Of a stretch of DNA of 64,000 nucleotides, positions 1 through 18,774 are shown in pieces. A program made the translations under genes and the position numbers. This DNA is from Eledone cirrhosa (taxonomy: Eukaryota), in assembly GCA_964016885.1 (NCBI GenBank), contig OZ024740.1:806001-870000 (forward strand). Reading direction: 5' to 3'. A model generated the notes under the pieces. The model did not search any database. It had not been told where the DNA came from and saw nothing but the letters and a program-made list of their open reading frames with translations. The stretch's first letter is position 1. Each line of letters begins with the position of its first letter.

Positions 1-3000
1 TACATTACTCTATATTTACACTACTCTATAATTACATTACTCTATAATTAAATTACTCTATATTTACACTACTCTATATTAACACTACTCTATATTTACA
101 CTACTCTATATTTACATTACACAATATTTACACTACTCTATATATACATTACTCAATATTTATGTTACTCTATAATTACATTACTCTATATTTACATTAC
201 TCTATAATTACATTACTTTATATTTACACTACTCTATATTGAAACTACTCTATATTTACACTACTCTATATTTACATTACTCTATAATTACACTACTTTA
301 TATTTACACTACTCTATATTTACATTACTCTTTATTTACACTACTCTATATTTACATTACTCTATTTTTACACTACTCTATATTTACATTATTCTATAAT
401 TATATTACTCTATATTTACATTACTCTATATTTACATTACTCTATATTTACATGACTCTATAATTACAATACTCTATAATTACATTGCTCTATATTTTCA
501 CTACTCTATATTTACACTACTCTATATTTACACTACTCTATATTTACATTACACTATATTTACACTACTCTATATATACATTACTATATATTTACACTAC
601 TCTATATTTACATTACTCTATATTTACATTACTCTATGTTTACATTACTCTATATTTACAATACTTTATATTTACACTACTCTATATTTACATTACTCTA
701 TATTTATATTACTCTATAATTACATTATTCTATAATTACATTAATCTATATTTACACTACTCTATATTTACATTACTCTCTATTTACACTACTCTATAAT
801 TACAATACTCTATAATTACATTACTCTATATTTACACTACTCTATAATTACATTACTCTATAATTAAATTACTCTATATTTACACTATATATTTACACTA
901 CTCTATATTTTCACTACTCTATATTTACATTACTCAATATTTACATTACCCTAAATTACATTACTCTATAATTACATTACTCTATATTTACATTACTCTA
1001 TAATTAAGTAACTCTATATTTACATTACTCTAAATTACATTATTCTATATTTACACTACACTATATTTACACTGCTCTATATTTACATTACTCTATATTT
1101 ACACTACTCTATATTTACACTACTCTATATTTACACTACTCTATAATTACACTATTCTATATTTACCTTACTCTATATATGTATTACTCTATATTTACAT
1201 TACTCTATATTTACACTACTCTATAATTACAATACTCTATAATTACATTGCTCTATATTTACACTACTCTATATTTACACTACTCTATATTTACATTAGA
1301 CTATATATACATTACTCTATATATACATTACTCTATATTTACACTACTCTATATTTACATTACTCTATATTTACATTACTCTAAATTACATTACTCTATA
1401 TTTACACTACTCTATTTTTACACTACTCTATATTTACATTACTTTATATTTACACTACTCTATATTTAAATTAATCTATATTTACACTACTCTATATTTA
1501 AATTACTCTATATTTACACTACTCTATATTTACATTACTCTATAATTACATTATTCTATATTTACACTACACTATATTTACACTGCTCTATATTTACATT
1601 ACTCTATATTTACACTACTCTATATTTACACTACTCTATATTTACACTACTCTATAATTACATTACTCTATATTTACACTACTCTATAATTACATTACTC
1701 TATATTTGCATTACTCTATATTTACACTACTCTATATTTACACTACTTTATATTTACATTACTCTATATTTACACTACTCTATATTTACATTACTCTATA
1801 TTTACACTACTCTATATTTACATTACTCTATATTTACACTACTCTATATTTACATTACTCTATATTTACACTACTCTATATTTACATTACTTTATAATTA
1901 CATTACTTTATAATTACATTACTCTATATTTACATTACACTATATTTACATTACTCTATAATTACATTACTCTATATTTAAATTACTCTAAATTACATTA
2001 CTCTATATTTACACTACTCTATATTTACATTACTCTATAATTACATTACTCTATATTTACATTACTCTATATTTACATTACTCTATATTTACATTACTCT
2101 ATATTTACACTACTCTATATTTACACTACTCTATATTTACATTACTCTATATTTACACTACTCTATATTTACATTACTCTATATTTACACTACTCTATAA
2201 TTACACAACTTTATATTTACATTACTCTATATTTACACTACTCTATATATACATTACTCTATATTTACATTACTCTATGTTTACATTACTCTATATTTAC
2301 AATACTTTATATTTACACTACTCTATATTTACATTACTCTATATTTATATTACTCTATAATTACATTATTCTATAATTACATTAATCTATATTTACACTA
2401 CTCTATATTTACATTACTCTCTATTTACACTACTCTATAATTACAATACTCTATAATTACATTACTCTATATTTACACTACTCTATAATTACATTACTCT
2501 ATAATTAAATTACTCTATATTTACACTATATATTTACACTACTCTATATTTACACTACTCTATAATTACATTACTCTATAATTAAATTACTCTATTTTTA
2601 CACTAATCTATATTAACATAACTCTATAGTTACACTACTCTATATTTACATTACACAATATTTACACTACTCTATATATACATTACTCTATATTTATATT
2701 ACTCTATAATTACATTACTCTATATTTACATTACTCTATAATTACATTACTTTATATTTACACTACTCTATATTGACACTACTCTATATTTACACTACTC
2801 TATATTTACATGACTCTATAATTACACTACTTTATATTTACACTACTCTATATTTACATTACTCTATATTTACACTACTCTATATTTACATTACTCTATA
2901 TTTACACTACTCTATATTTACATTACTCTATAATTACATTACTCTATATTTACATTACTCTATATTTACATTACTCTATATTTACATTACTCTATAATTA

Positions 3001-5534
3001 CAATACTCTATAATTACATTGCTCTATATTTACGCTACTCTATATTTATACTACTCTATATTTACACTACTCAATATTTACATTACACTATATTTACACT
3101 ACTCTATATATACATTACTCTATATTTACACTACTCTATATTTACATTACTCTTTAATTACATTACTCTTTATTTACATTACTCTATAATTACATTACTC
3201 TATATTTACATTACTCTAAATTAAATTACTCTATATTTACACTACTCTATATTTACAATACTCTATAATTACACTACTTTATATTTACATTATTCTATAT
3301 TTACACTACTCTATATATACATTACTCTATATTTACATTAGTATATATTTACACTACTCTATGTTTATAATACTTTATAATTACATTACTCTATGTTTAC
3401 ATTACTCTACATTTACATTACTCTATAATTACATTATTCTATATATACACTACTCTATATTTACATTACTCTATAATTACATTACTCTATATTTGCATTA
3501 CTCTATATTAACATTACACCATATTTACATTACTCTATAATTACATTACTCTATATTTACATTACTCTAAATTACATTACTCTATATTTATACTACTCTA
3601 TATATACATTACTCTATATTTACATTACTATATATTTACACTACTCTATATTTATATTACTCTATAATTATATTACTCTATATTTACATTACTCTATATT
3701 TACATTACTCTACATTTACATTACTCTATAATTACATTATTCTATATATACACTACTCTATATTTACATTACTCTATAATTACATTACTCTATATTTACA
3801 TTACTCTATATTTACATTACACCATATTTACATTACTCTATAATTACATTACTCTATATTTACATTACTCTAAATTACATTACTCTATATTTATACTACT
3901 CTATATATACATTACTCTATATTTACATTACTATATATTTACACTACTCTATATTTATATTACTCTATAATTATATTACTCTAAATTACATTACTCTATA
4001 TTTACACTACTCTATATTTACACTACTCTATATTTACATTACTCTATAATTACACCACTCTATATTTACATTACTCTATAATTACATTATTTATATTTAC
4101 ACTACTCTATATTTACATTACTCTATATTTACACTACTCTATATTTACATTACTCTATATTTACATTACTCTATATTTATATTACTCTATAATTACATTA
4201 CTCTATATTTACATTACTCTACATTTACATTACTCTATATTTATATTACTCTATAATTACATTACTCTATATTTACATTACTCTACATTTACATTACTTT
4301 ATAATTACATTACTCTATATTTACACTACTCTATATTTACATTACACTATATTTACACTACTCTATATATACATTACTCTATATTTACATTACTCTATAA
4401 TTACAGTACTCTATATTTACATTACTCTATAATTAAATTACTTTATATTTACACTACTCTATATTTACATTACTCTATATTTACACTACTCTATATTTAC
4501 ATTACTCTATATTTACATTACTCTATATTTATATTACTCTATAATTACATTACTCTATATTTACATTACTCTATATTTACACTACTCTATATTTATATTT
4601 CTCTTTAATTCCATTACTCTATATTTACATTACTCTATAATTACATTACTCTATATTTACATTACTCTAAATTAAATTACTCTATATTTACACTACTCTA
4701 TATTTACACTACTCTATAATTACACAACTTTATATTTACATTATTCTATATTTACACTACTCTATATATACATTACTCTATATTTACATTAATATATATT
4801 TACACTACTCTATGTTTATATTACTTTATAATTACATTACTCTATATTTACATTACTCTACATTTACATTACTCTATAATTACATTATTCTATATATACA
4901 CTACTCTATATTTACATTACTCAATAATTACATTACTCTATATTTACATTACTCTAAATTACATTACTTTATATTTATACTACTCTATATATACATTACT
5001 CTATATTTACATTACTATATATTTACACTTCTCTATATTTATATTACTTTATAATTACATTACTCTATATTTACATTACTCTACATTTACATTACTCTAT
5101 AATTACATTACTCTATATTTACACTACTCTATATTTACATTACACTATATTTACACTACTCTATATATACATTACTCTATATTTACATTACTCTATATTT
5201 ACACTACTCTATATTTACATTACTCTATAATTACATTACTCTATAATTACATTACTCTATATTTACATTACTCTATATTTACATTACTCTATATTTACAT
5301 TACTGTATAATTACAATACTCTATAATTACATTGCTCTATATTTACGCTACTCTATATTTACACTACTCTATATTTACACTACTCTATATTTACATTACA
5401 CTATATTTACACTACTCTATATATACATTATTCTATATTTACACTACTCTATATTTACATTACTCTATATTTACATTACTCGATATTTACAATACTTTAT
5501 ATTTACACTACTCTATATTTACAATACTCTATAA

Positions 5535-5656
5535 TATAGAGTAGTGTAAATATAGAGTAATGTAAATATAGAGTAGTGTAAATATAAAGTAATGTAATTA
5601 TAGAGTAATGTAAATATAGAGTAATGTAATTATAGAGTAATGTAAATGTAGAGTAA
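5535..5656 (-). repeat. 122-bp inverted block of the 16-bp satellite (copy 1)
   Basis: The sequence switches to tatagagtagtgtaaa... (reverse complement of the unit) at 5535 and switches back at 5657. Confidence 0.95.
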
Positions 5657-8600
5657 TTTACATTACTCTATAATTACATTACTCTATATTTACATTACTC
5701 TATAATTACATTACTTTATATTTACACTACTCTATATTTACATTACTCTATATTTACACTACTCTATATTTACATTACTCTATATTTACACTACTCTATA
5801 TTTAGATTACTCTATAATTACATTACTCTATATTTACATTACTCTATATTTACACTACTCTATATTTACATTACTCTTTAATTACATTACTCTTTATTTA
5901 CATTACTTTATAATTACATTACTCTATATTTACATTACTCTATATTTACATTAGACTATATTTACACTACTCTCTATATGAATTACTCTATATTTACATT
6001 ACTCTATAATTACCTTACTCTATAATTACATTATTCTATATATATTATTCTACATTATATATATACATTATTCTACATTATATTTGCATTACTCTATATT
6101 TATACTACTCTATATATACATTACTCTATATTTACATTACTATATATTTACACTACTCTATATTTATATTACTTTATAATTACATTACTATATATTTACA
6201 TTACTCTACATTTACATTACTCTATAATTACATTACTCTATATTTACACTACTCTATATTTACATTCCTCTATATTTACACTACTCTATATATACATTAC
6301 TCTATATTTACATTACTCTATAATTACACTACTCTATATTTACACTACTCTATATTAACATTACTTTATATTTACACTACTCTATATTTACATTACTCTA
6401 TATTTACATTACTCTATATTTACACTACTCTATATTTACATTACTCTATATTTACACTACTCTCTATTTACATTACTCTATAATTACATTACTCTATATT
6501 TACATTACTCTATATTTACACTACTCTATATTTACATTACTCATTAATTACATTACTCTTTATTTACATTTCTCTATAATTACATTACTCTATATTTACA
6601 TTACTCTAAATTAAATTACTCTATATTTACACTACTCTATATTTACAATACTCTATAATTACACTACTTTATATTTACATTATTCTATATTTACACTACT
6701 CTATATATACATTACTCTATATTTACATTAGTATATATTTACACTACTCTATGTTTATATTACTTTATAATTACATTACTCTATATTTACATTACTCTAC
6801 ATTTACATTACTCTATAATTACATTATTCTATATATACACTACTTTATATTTACATTACTCTATAATTACATTACTCTATATTTACATTACTCTAAATTA
6901 CATTACTCTATATTTATACTACTCTATATATACATTACTCTATATTTACATTACTATATATTTACACTACTCTATATTTATATTACTTTATAATTACATT
7001 ACTCTATATTTACATTACTCTACATTTACATTACTCTATAATAACATTACTCTATATTTACACTACTCTATATTTACATTACACTATATTTACACTACTC
7101 TATATATACATTACTCTATATTTACACTACTCTATATTTACATTACACTATATTTACACTACTCTATATATACATTACTCTATATATAAATTACTCTATA
7201 TTTACACTACTCTATATTTACATTACTCTATAATTACATTACTCTATATTTACATTACACCATATTTACATTACTCTATAATTACATTACTCTATATTTA
7301 CATTACTCTAAGTTACATTACTCTATATTTATACTACTCTATATATACATTACTCTATATTTACATTACTATATATTTACACTACTCTATATTTATATTA
7401 CTCTATAATTATATTACTCTATATTTACATTACTCTATATTTACATTACTCTATATTTACATTACTCTATATTTACACTACTCTATAATTACACCACTCT
7501 ATATTTACATTACTCTATAAGTACATTATTTATATTTACACTACTCTATATTTACATTACTCTATATTTACACTACTCTATATTTACATTACTCTATATT
7601 TACATTACTGTATATTTATATTACTCTATAATTACATTACTCTATATTTACATTACTCTACATTTACATTACTCTATATTTATATTACTCTATAATTACA
7701 TTACTCTATATTTACATTACTCTACATTTACATTACTTTATAATTACATTACTCTATATTTACACTACTCTATATTTACATTACACTATATTTACACTAC
7801 TCTATATATACATTACTCTATATTTACATTACTCTATAATTACATTACTCTATATTTACATTACTCTATAATTACATTTCTTTATATTTACACTACTCTA
7901 TATTTACATTAGTCTATATTTACACTACTCTATATTTACATTACTCTATATTTACATTACTCTATATTTATATTACTGTATAATTACATTACTCTATATT
8001 TACATTACTCTATATTTACACTAATCTATATTTATATTTCTCTTTAATTCCATTACTCTATATTTACATTACTCTATAATTACATTACTCTATATTTACA
8101 TTACTCTAAATTAAATTACTCTATATTTACACTACTCTATATTTACACTACTCTATATTTACATTACTCTATAATTACATTATTCTATATTTACACTACT
8201 CTATATTTACACTACTCTATATTTACATTACTCTATAATTACATTATTCTATATTTACATTACTCTATAATTACCTTACTCTATAATTACATTACTCTAT
8301 ATATATTATTCTACATTATATATATATACATTATTCTACATTATATTTGCATTACTCTATATTTATACTACTCTATATATACATTACTCTATATTTACAT
8401 TACTATATATTTACACTACTCTATATTTATATTACTTTATAATTACATTACTCTATATTTACATTACTCTACATTTACATTACTCAATAATTACATTACT
8501 CTATATTTACACTACTCTATATTTTCATTACACTATATTTACACTACTCTATATATACATTACTCTATATTTACATTACTCTATATTTACACTACTCTAT

Positions 8601-9033
8601 ATTTACATTACTCTATAATTACATTACTCTATAATTACATTACTCTATATTTACATTACTCTATATTTACACTACTCTATATTTACATTACACTATATTT
8701 ACACTACTCTATATATACATTACTCTATATTTACACTACTCTATATTTACATTACTCTATATTTACATTACTCTATATTTACATTACTCTATATTTACAT
8801 TACTCTATATTTACAATACTTTATATTTACACTACTCTATATTTACATTACTCTATATTTATATTACTCTATAATTACATTATTCTATAATTACATTAAT
8901 CTATATTTACACTACTCTATATTTACATTACTCTTTAATTACATTACTCTTTATTTACATTACTCTATAATTACATTACTCTATATTTACATTACTCTAA
9001 ATTAAATTACTCTATATTTACACTACTCTATAA

Positions 9034-9155
9034 TATAGAGTAGTGTAAATATAGAGTAATGTAAATATAGAGTAGTGTAAATATAAAGTAATGTAATTAT
9101 AGAGTAATGTAAATATAGAGTAATGTAATTATAGAGTAATGTAAATGTAGAGTAA
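9034..9155 (-). repeat. 122-bp inverted block of the 16-bp satellite (copy 2, identical to copy 1)
   Basis: Same 122-nt sequence as 5535-5656, including the tataaagt and tgtagagt variants. Offset is 3499 bp. Confidence 0.95.
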
Positions 9156-12100
9156 TTTACATTACTCTATAATTACATTTCTTTATATTTACACTACTCT
9201 ATATTTACGTTACTCTATATTTACACTACTCTATATTTACATTACTCTATATTTACACTACTCTATATTTAGATTACTCTATAATTACATTACTCTATAT
9301 TTACATTACTCTATATTTACACTACTCTATATTTACATTACTCTTTAATTACATTACTCTTTATTTACATTACTCTATAATTACATTACTCTATATTTAC
9401 ATTACTCTATATTTACATTAGACTATATTTACACTACTCTATATAAACATTACTCTATATTTACATTACTCTATAATTACCTTACTCTATAATTACATTA
9501 TTCTATATATATTATTCTACATTATATATATACATTATTCTACATTATATTTCCATTACTCTATATTTATACTACTCTATATATACATTACTCTATATAT
9601 ATATTACTATATATTTACACTACTCTATATTTATATTACTTTATAATTACATTACTATATATTTACATTACTCTACATTTACATTACTCTATAATTACAT
9701 TACTCTATATTTACACTACTCTATATTTACATTACACTATATTTACACTACTCTATATATACATTACTCTATATTTACATTACTCTATAATTACACTACT
9801 CTATATTTACACTACTCTATATTAACATTACTTTATATTTACACTACTCTATATTTACATTACTCTATATTTACATTACTCTATATTTACACTACTCTAT
9901 ATTTACATTACTCTATATTTACACTACTCTATATTTACATTACTCTATAATTACATTACTCTATATTTACATTACTCTATATTTACACTACTCTATATTT
10001 ACATTACTCATTAATTACATTACTCTTTATTTACATTTCTCTATAATTACATTACTCTATATTTACATTACTCTAAATTAAATTACTCTACATTTACACT
10101 ACTCTATATTTACACTACTCTATAATTACACTACTTTATATTTACATTATTCTATATTTACACTACTCTATATATACATTACTCTATATTTACATTAGTA
10201 TATATTTATACTACTCTACGTTTATATTACTTTATAATTACATTACGCTATATTTACATTACTCTACATTTACATTACTCTATAATTACATTATTCTATA
10301 TATACACTACTCTATATTTACATTACTCTATATTTACACTACTCTATAATTACAATACTCTATAATTACATTGCTCTATATTTACATTACTCTATATTTA
10401 CACTAATCTATATTTACACTACTCTATATTTACATTACACTATATTTACATTACTCTATATTTACACTACTCTATAATTACATTATGCTATATTTACATT
10501 ACTCTATATTTTTATTACTGTATATTTACATTACTCTATATTTACATTACTCTATATTTACACTACTCTATAATTACAATACTCTATAATTACCTTACTC
10601 TGTATTTACACTACTCTATATTTACATTACTCTATATTTACACTACTCTATAATTACATTACTCTATATTTACACTACTCTATATTTACACTACTAAATA
10701 TTTACACTACTCTATATTTACACTACTCTATATTTACATTACACTATATTTACACTACTCTATATATACATTACTCTATATTTACATTACTATATATTTA
10801 CACTCTATATTTATATTACTTTAAAATTACATTACCCTATATTTACATTACTCTACATTTACATTACTCTATAATTACATTACTCTATATTTACACTACT
10901 CTATAATTACAATACTCTATAATTAAATTATTCTATATTTACACTACTCTATATTTACACTACTCTATATTTACATTACTCTATATTTACATTACTCTAT
11001 ATCTTTATTACTCTATATTTACATTACTCTATATTTACATTACTCTATATTTACACTACTCTATAATTACAATACTCTATAATTACATTACTCTATATTT
11101 ACACTACTCTATAATTACATTACTCTATATTTACATTACTCTATATTTACACTACTCTATATTTACACTACTCTATATTTACATTACTCTATATTTACAC
11201 GACTCTATGTTTACATTACTCTATATTTATACTACTCTATATTTACATTACTTTATAATTACATTACTCTATATTTACATTACTCTATATTTACATTACT
11301 CTATAATTACATTACTCTATATTTACAATCCTCTAAATTAAATTACTCTATATTTACAGTACTCTATATTTACACTACACTATAATTACACTATATTATA
11401 TTTGCATTACTCTATGTTTATACTACTCTATATATACATTACTCTATATTTACATTACTATATATTTACACTACTCTATAGTTATATTTCTTTATAATTA
11501 CATTACTCTATATTTACATTACTCTATATTTACATTACTCTATAATTACATTACTCTATATTTACACTACTCTATATTTACATTACTCTATATTTACACT
11601 ACTCTATAATTACATTACTCTATATATACATTACTCTATATTTACATTACTCTATATTTACACTACTCTATATTTACATTACTCTATAATTACATTACTC
11701 TATATTTACATTACTCTAAATTAAATTACTCTATATTTACACTACTCTATATTTACACTACTCTATATTTACACTACTCTATATTTGCACTAAGCTATAT
11801 TTACATTACACTATACTTACACTACTCTATATATACATTACTCTATATTTACATTACTCTATAATTACTCTACTGTATAATTACATTACTCTATATTTAC
11901 ATTACTCTATATTTACACTACTCTATATTTCCAGTACTCTATAATTACATTACTATATATTTACACTACTCTATATTTACATTACTCTTTATTTACTCTA
12001 CTCTATAATTACAATACACTATAATTACAATACTCTATAATTACATTACTCTATATTTACACTACTCTATATTTACACTACTCTATATTTACATTACTCT

Positions 12101-15100
12101 ATATTTACATTACTCTATATTTACACCACTCTATAATTACATTATTCTATATTTAGATTACTCTATATTTTTATTACTCTATATTTACATTACTTTATAT
12201 TTACATTACTCTTTATTTACACTACTCTATAATTACAAAACTCTATAATTACATTACTCTATATTTACACTACTTTATAATTACATTACTCTATATTTAC
12301 ATTACTCTATATTTACACTACTCTATCTTTACACTACTCTATATTTACATTACTCTATATTTACACTACTCTGTATTTACATTACTCTATTTTTATACTA
12401 CTCTATATTTACATTACTTTATAATTACATTACTCTATATTTACATTACTCTATATTTACATTACTCTATAATTACATTACTCAATTTTTACATTACTCT
12501 AAATTAATTTACTCTATATTTACAGTACTCTATATTTACACTACACTATAATTACACTACATTATATTTGCATTACTCTATATTTATACTACTCTATGTA
12601 TACATTACTCTATATTTACATTACTATATAATTACACTACTCTATATTTATATTACATTATAATTACATTACTCTATATTTACATTACTCTACATTTACA
12701 TTACTCTATAATTACATTACTCTATATTTACACTACTCTATATTTACATTACACTATATTTACACTACTCTATATATACATTATTCTATATTTACATTAC
12801 TCTATAATTACATTACTCTATATTTACATCACTCTATAATTACATTACTTTATATTTACATTACTCTATATTAACATTACTCCATATTTACACTACTTTA
12901 TATTTACATTGCTCTATATTTACAATACTCTATATTTACATTAATCTATATTTACACTACTCTATATTTACATTACACTATATTTCCACTACTCTATATT
13001 TACACTACTCTATATTTACATTACTCTATATTTACACTACTCTATAATTACATTACTCTATATTTACATTACTCTATGTTTACACTACTCTATATTTAGA
13101 TTACTCTATAATTACATTACTCTATATTTACATTACTCTATAATTACATTACTCTATATTTACACTACTCTATATTTACACTACTCTATAATTACACTAA
13201 TTTATATTTACATTATTCTATAATTATACTACTCTATATATACATTACTCTATATTTACATTACTCTATATTTACATTACTCTATAATTACATTACTCCA
13301 TATTACACTACTCTATATTTACATTACTCTACATTTACATTACTCTATAATTACATTATTTTATATTTACACTACTCTATATTTACATTACTCTATATTT
13401 ACAGTACTCAATAATTACATTACTCTGTATTTACACTACTCTATATTTACATTACTCTATATTTATACTACTCTATATTTACATTACTTTATAATTACAT
13501 TACTCTATATTTACATTACTCTATAATTACATTACTCAATTTTTACATTACTCTAAATTAAATTACTCTATATTTACAGTACTCTATATTTACACTACAC
13601 TACAATTACACTACATTATATTTGCATTACTCTATATTTATACTACTCTATATATACATTACTCTATATTTACATTACTATATATTTACACTACTCTATA
13701 TTTATATTACATTATAATTACTTTACTCTATATTTACATTACTCTACATTTACATTACTCTATAATTACATTACTCTATATTTACACTACTCTATATTTA
13801 CATTACACTATATTTACACTACTCTATATATACATTATTCTATATTTACATTACTCTATAATTACATTGCTCTATATTTACATCACTCTATAATTACATT
13901 ACTCTATATTTACACTACTCTATAATTACATTATTCTATATTTACATTATTCTATATTTTTATTACTCTATTTTTACATTACTCTATATGTTCATTACTC
14001 TATATTTACACTACTCTATAATTACAATACTCTATAATTACTTTACTCTGTATTTACTCTATTCTCTATTTAAATTAATCTATATTTACACTATTTTATA
14101 ATTACATTACTCTATAATTAAATTACTCTATATTTACACTACTCTATATTTACACTACTCTATATTTACACTACTCTATATTTACATTACCCTATATTTA
14201 CACTAATCTATATATACATTACTCTATATTTACATTACTCTATAATTACACTACTCTATAATTACATTACTCTATATTTACATTACTCTATAGTTACACT
14301 ACTCTATATTTACACTATTCTATATTTACATTACTCTATATTTACATTACTCTATATTTACATTACTCTATATTTACATTACTCTATAATTACATTACTC
14401 TATATTTACATTACTCTAAATTAAATTAGTCTATATTTACACTACTCTATATTTACACTACTCTATAATTACACTACTTTATATTTGCATTACTCTACAT
14501 TTATACTACTCTATATATACATTACTCTATATTTACATTACTATATATTTACACTACTCTATATTTATATTACTTTATAATTACATTGCTCTATATTTAC
14601 ATTACTCTATATTTTTATTACTCTATATTTAGATTACTTTATGTTCACATTACTCTATATTTACATTACTCTATAATTACAATACTCTATAATTACATTA
14701 CTCTATATTTACACTACGCTATATTTACACTACTCTATGTTTACACTACTCTATACTTACATTACTCTATCTTACACTACTCTATATTTACATTACTCTA
14801 TATTTACACTACTCTATATTTACATTACTTTATAATTACATACTCTATATTTACATTACTCTAAATTAAATTACTCTATATTTACAGTACTCTATATTTA
14901 CACTACTCTATAATTACACTAAATTATATTTGCATTACTCTATATTTATACTACTCTATATGTACATTACTCTATATTTACATTACTATATATTGACACT
15001 ACTCTATATTTATATTACTTAATAATTACATTAATCTATGTTTACGTTACTCTACATTTACATTACTCTATAATTACATTACTCTATATTTAAACTACTC

Positions 15101-18100
15101 TATATTTACATTACACTATATTTACACTACTCTATATATACATTACTATATATTTATATTATTCTATAATTACATTACTCAATATTTACATTACTCTATA
15201 ATCACATTATTTTATATTTACACTACTCTATATTTACACTACTCTATATTTACATTGCTCTATATTTACACTACTCTATATTTACATTACTCTATATTTA
15301 CACTACTCTATATTTACATTACTCTATAATTAAATTACTCTATATTTACACTACTCTATATTTACACTACTCTATATTTACATTACTCTATATTTACACT
15401 ACTCTATATTTGCATTACTCTATAATTACATTACTCTATATTTACATTACTCTATATTTACACTACTCTATATTTACATTACTCTATAATTACATTACTC
15501 TATATTTACATTACTCTATAATTACATTACTCTATATTTACACTACTCTATATTTACACTACTCTATAATTACACTACTTTATATTTACATTATTCTATA
15601 TTTACACTACTCTATATATACATTACTCTATATTTACATTACTATATATTTACACTACTCTATGTTTATATTACTTTATAATTACATTACTCTATATTTA
15701 CATTACTCTATATTTACACTACTCAATAATTACATTACTCTATATTTACACTACTCTATATTTACATTACTCTATAATTAAATTACTCTATATTTACACT
15801 ACTCTATATTTACACTACTCTATATTTACATTACTCTATATTTACACTACTCTATATTTGCATTACTCTATAATTACATTACTCTATATTTACATTACTC
15901 TATATTTACACTACTCTATATTTACACTACTCTAAATTAACATTACTCTATATTTATACTACACTATAATTACAATATTCTATAATTACATTACTCTATA
16001 TTTACACTACTCTATATTTACACTACTCTATATTTAGATTACTCTATATTTACATTACTCTATATTTACACTACTCTATAATTACATTATTCTATATTTA
16101 CATTACTCTATATTTTTATTACTCTATTTTTACATTACTCTATATTTACATTACTCTATATTTACACTACTCTATAATTACAATACTCTATAATAACTTT
16201 CCTCTATGTTTACATTACTCTATAATTAAATTACTCTATAATTACATTATTTTATATTTACACTACTCTATATTTACACTACTCTATATTAACATTATTT
16301 TATATTTACACTCCTCTATATTTACATTGCTCTATATTTACACTACTCTATATTTACACTATTCTCTATTTACACTACTCTATATTTACATTACACTATA
16401 TTTACACTACTCTATATATACATTACTCTATATTTACATTACTCTATATTTACACTACTCTATATTTACACTTCTCTATATTTACATTCCTTTATATTTA
16501 CATTACTCTATATTTACATTACTCTATAATTACATTACTCCATATTTACATTACTCTATATTTACATTACCCAATATTTACATTACTCTATAATTACATT
16601 ACTCTATATTTACATTACTCTATATATACATTACTCTATATTTACACTACTCTATATTTACATTACTCTATAATTACATTACTCTATATTTACAATACTC
16701 TATAATTACATTACTATATATTTACATTACTCTAAATTAAATTACTCTATATTTACACTACTCTATATTTACATTACTCTATATTTACACTACTCTATAT
16801 TTACACTACTCTATATTTACATTACTCTATATTTACACTACTCTATATTTACACTACTCTATAATTACATTACTCTATATTTACATTACTCTATAATTAC
16901 ATTACTCCATATTTACATTACTCTATATTTACATTACTTTATAATTACATTACTCTATATTTACATAACTCTAAATTAAATTACTCTATATTTACACTAC
17001 TCTATATTTACACTACTCTATAATTACATTATTCTATAATTACATTACTCTATATTTACACTACTTTATATTTACACTACTCTATATTTACATTACACTA
17101 TATTTACACTACTCTATATATACATTACTCTATATTTACATTACTCTATAATTACACTACTCTATATTTACATTACTCTATATTTTCACTACTCTATATT
17201 TACACTACTCTATAATTACACTACTTTATATTTACATTATTCTATATTTACACTACTCTATATTTATATTACTTTATAATTACATTATTCTATATTTACA
17301 TTACTCTACATTTACATTACTCTATAATTACATTACTCTATATTTACACTACTCTATATTTACACTACTCTATATTTACACTACTCTATATTTACATTAC
17401 TCTATATTTACATTACTCTATATTTACATTACTCTATATTTACATTACTCTATATTTACACTACTCTATAATTACAATACTCTATAATTACATTACTCTA
17501 TATTTACATTACTCTATAATTACATTACTCTATATTTACATTACTCTATATTTACATTACTCTATATTTACATTACTCTATAATTACATTACTCTATATT
17601 TACACTACTCTATCAATAAACTACTTTATATTTGCATTAGTCTATATTTATACTACTCTAAATATACATTACTCTATATTTACATTACTATATATTTACA
17701 CTACTCTATATTTATATTACTTTATAATTACATTACTCTATATTTACATTACTCTACATTTACATTACTCTATAATTACATTACTCTATATTTACACTAC
17801 TCTATATTTACACTACTCTATATTTACATTACTCTACTTTATATTTACATTATTCTATATTTACACTACTCTATATTTATATTACTTTATAATTAAATTA
17901 CTCTATATTTACATTACCCTACATTTACATTACTCTATAATTACATTACTCTATATTTACACTACTCTGTATTTACATTACTCTATATTTACACTACTCT
18001 ATATTTACACTATTCTATATTTACACTACTCTATATTTACATTACTCTATATTTACATTACTCTATATTTACACTACTCTATAATTACATTATTCTATAT

Positions 18101-18774
18101 TTACATTACTCTATATTTTTATTACTCTATATTTACATTACTCTATAATTACATTACTCTATATTTACACTACTCTATATTTACATTACTCTATATTTAC
18201 CCTACTCTATAATTACATTACTCTATATTTACACTACTTTATATTTACACTACTCTATATTTACATTACTCTATATTTATATCACTCTATAATTACATTT
18301 TTCTATAATTACATTAATCTATATTTACACTACTCTATATTGATATTACTCTATATTTACACTACTCTATAATTACAATACTCTATAATTACATTACTCT
18401 ATATTTACACTACTCTACAATTAGATTACTCTATAATTAAATTACTCTATATTTACACTACTCTATATTTACACTACTCTATATTTACACTACTCTATAT
18501 TTACATTACACTATATTTACACTATTCTATATATACATTACTCTATATTTACATTAATTTATAATTACATTACTCTATATTTACATTACTCTATATTTAC
18601 ATTACTCTATATTTACATTACTCTATATTTATTTACACTACTCTATATTTACATTACTCTATATTTACACTAATCTATATTTACACTACTCTATATTTAC
18701 ATTACTCTATATTTACATTACTCTATAATTACATTACTCTATATTTACATTACTCTATATTTACATTACTCTAT

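Noticed and set aside
239-16593. LYIYTTLYLHYSIFTL ORFs
   Set aside because: Translation artefact of the 16-bp satellite.
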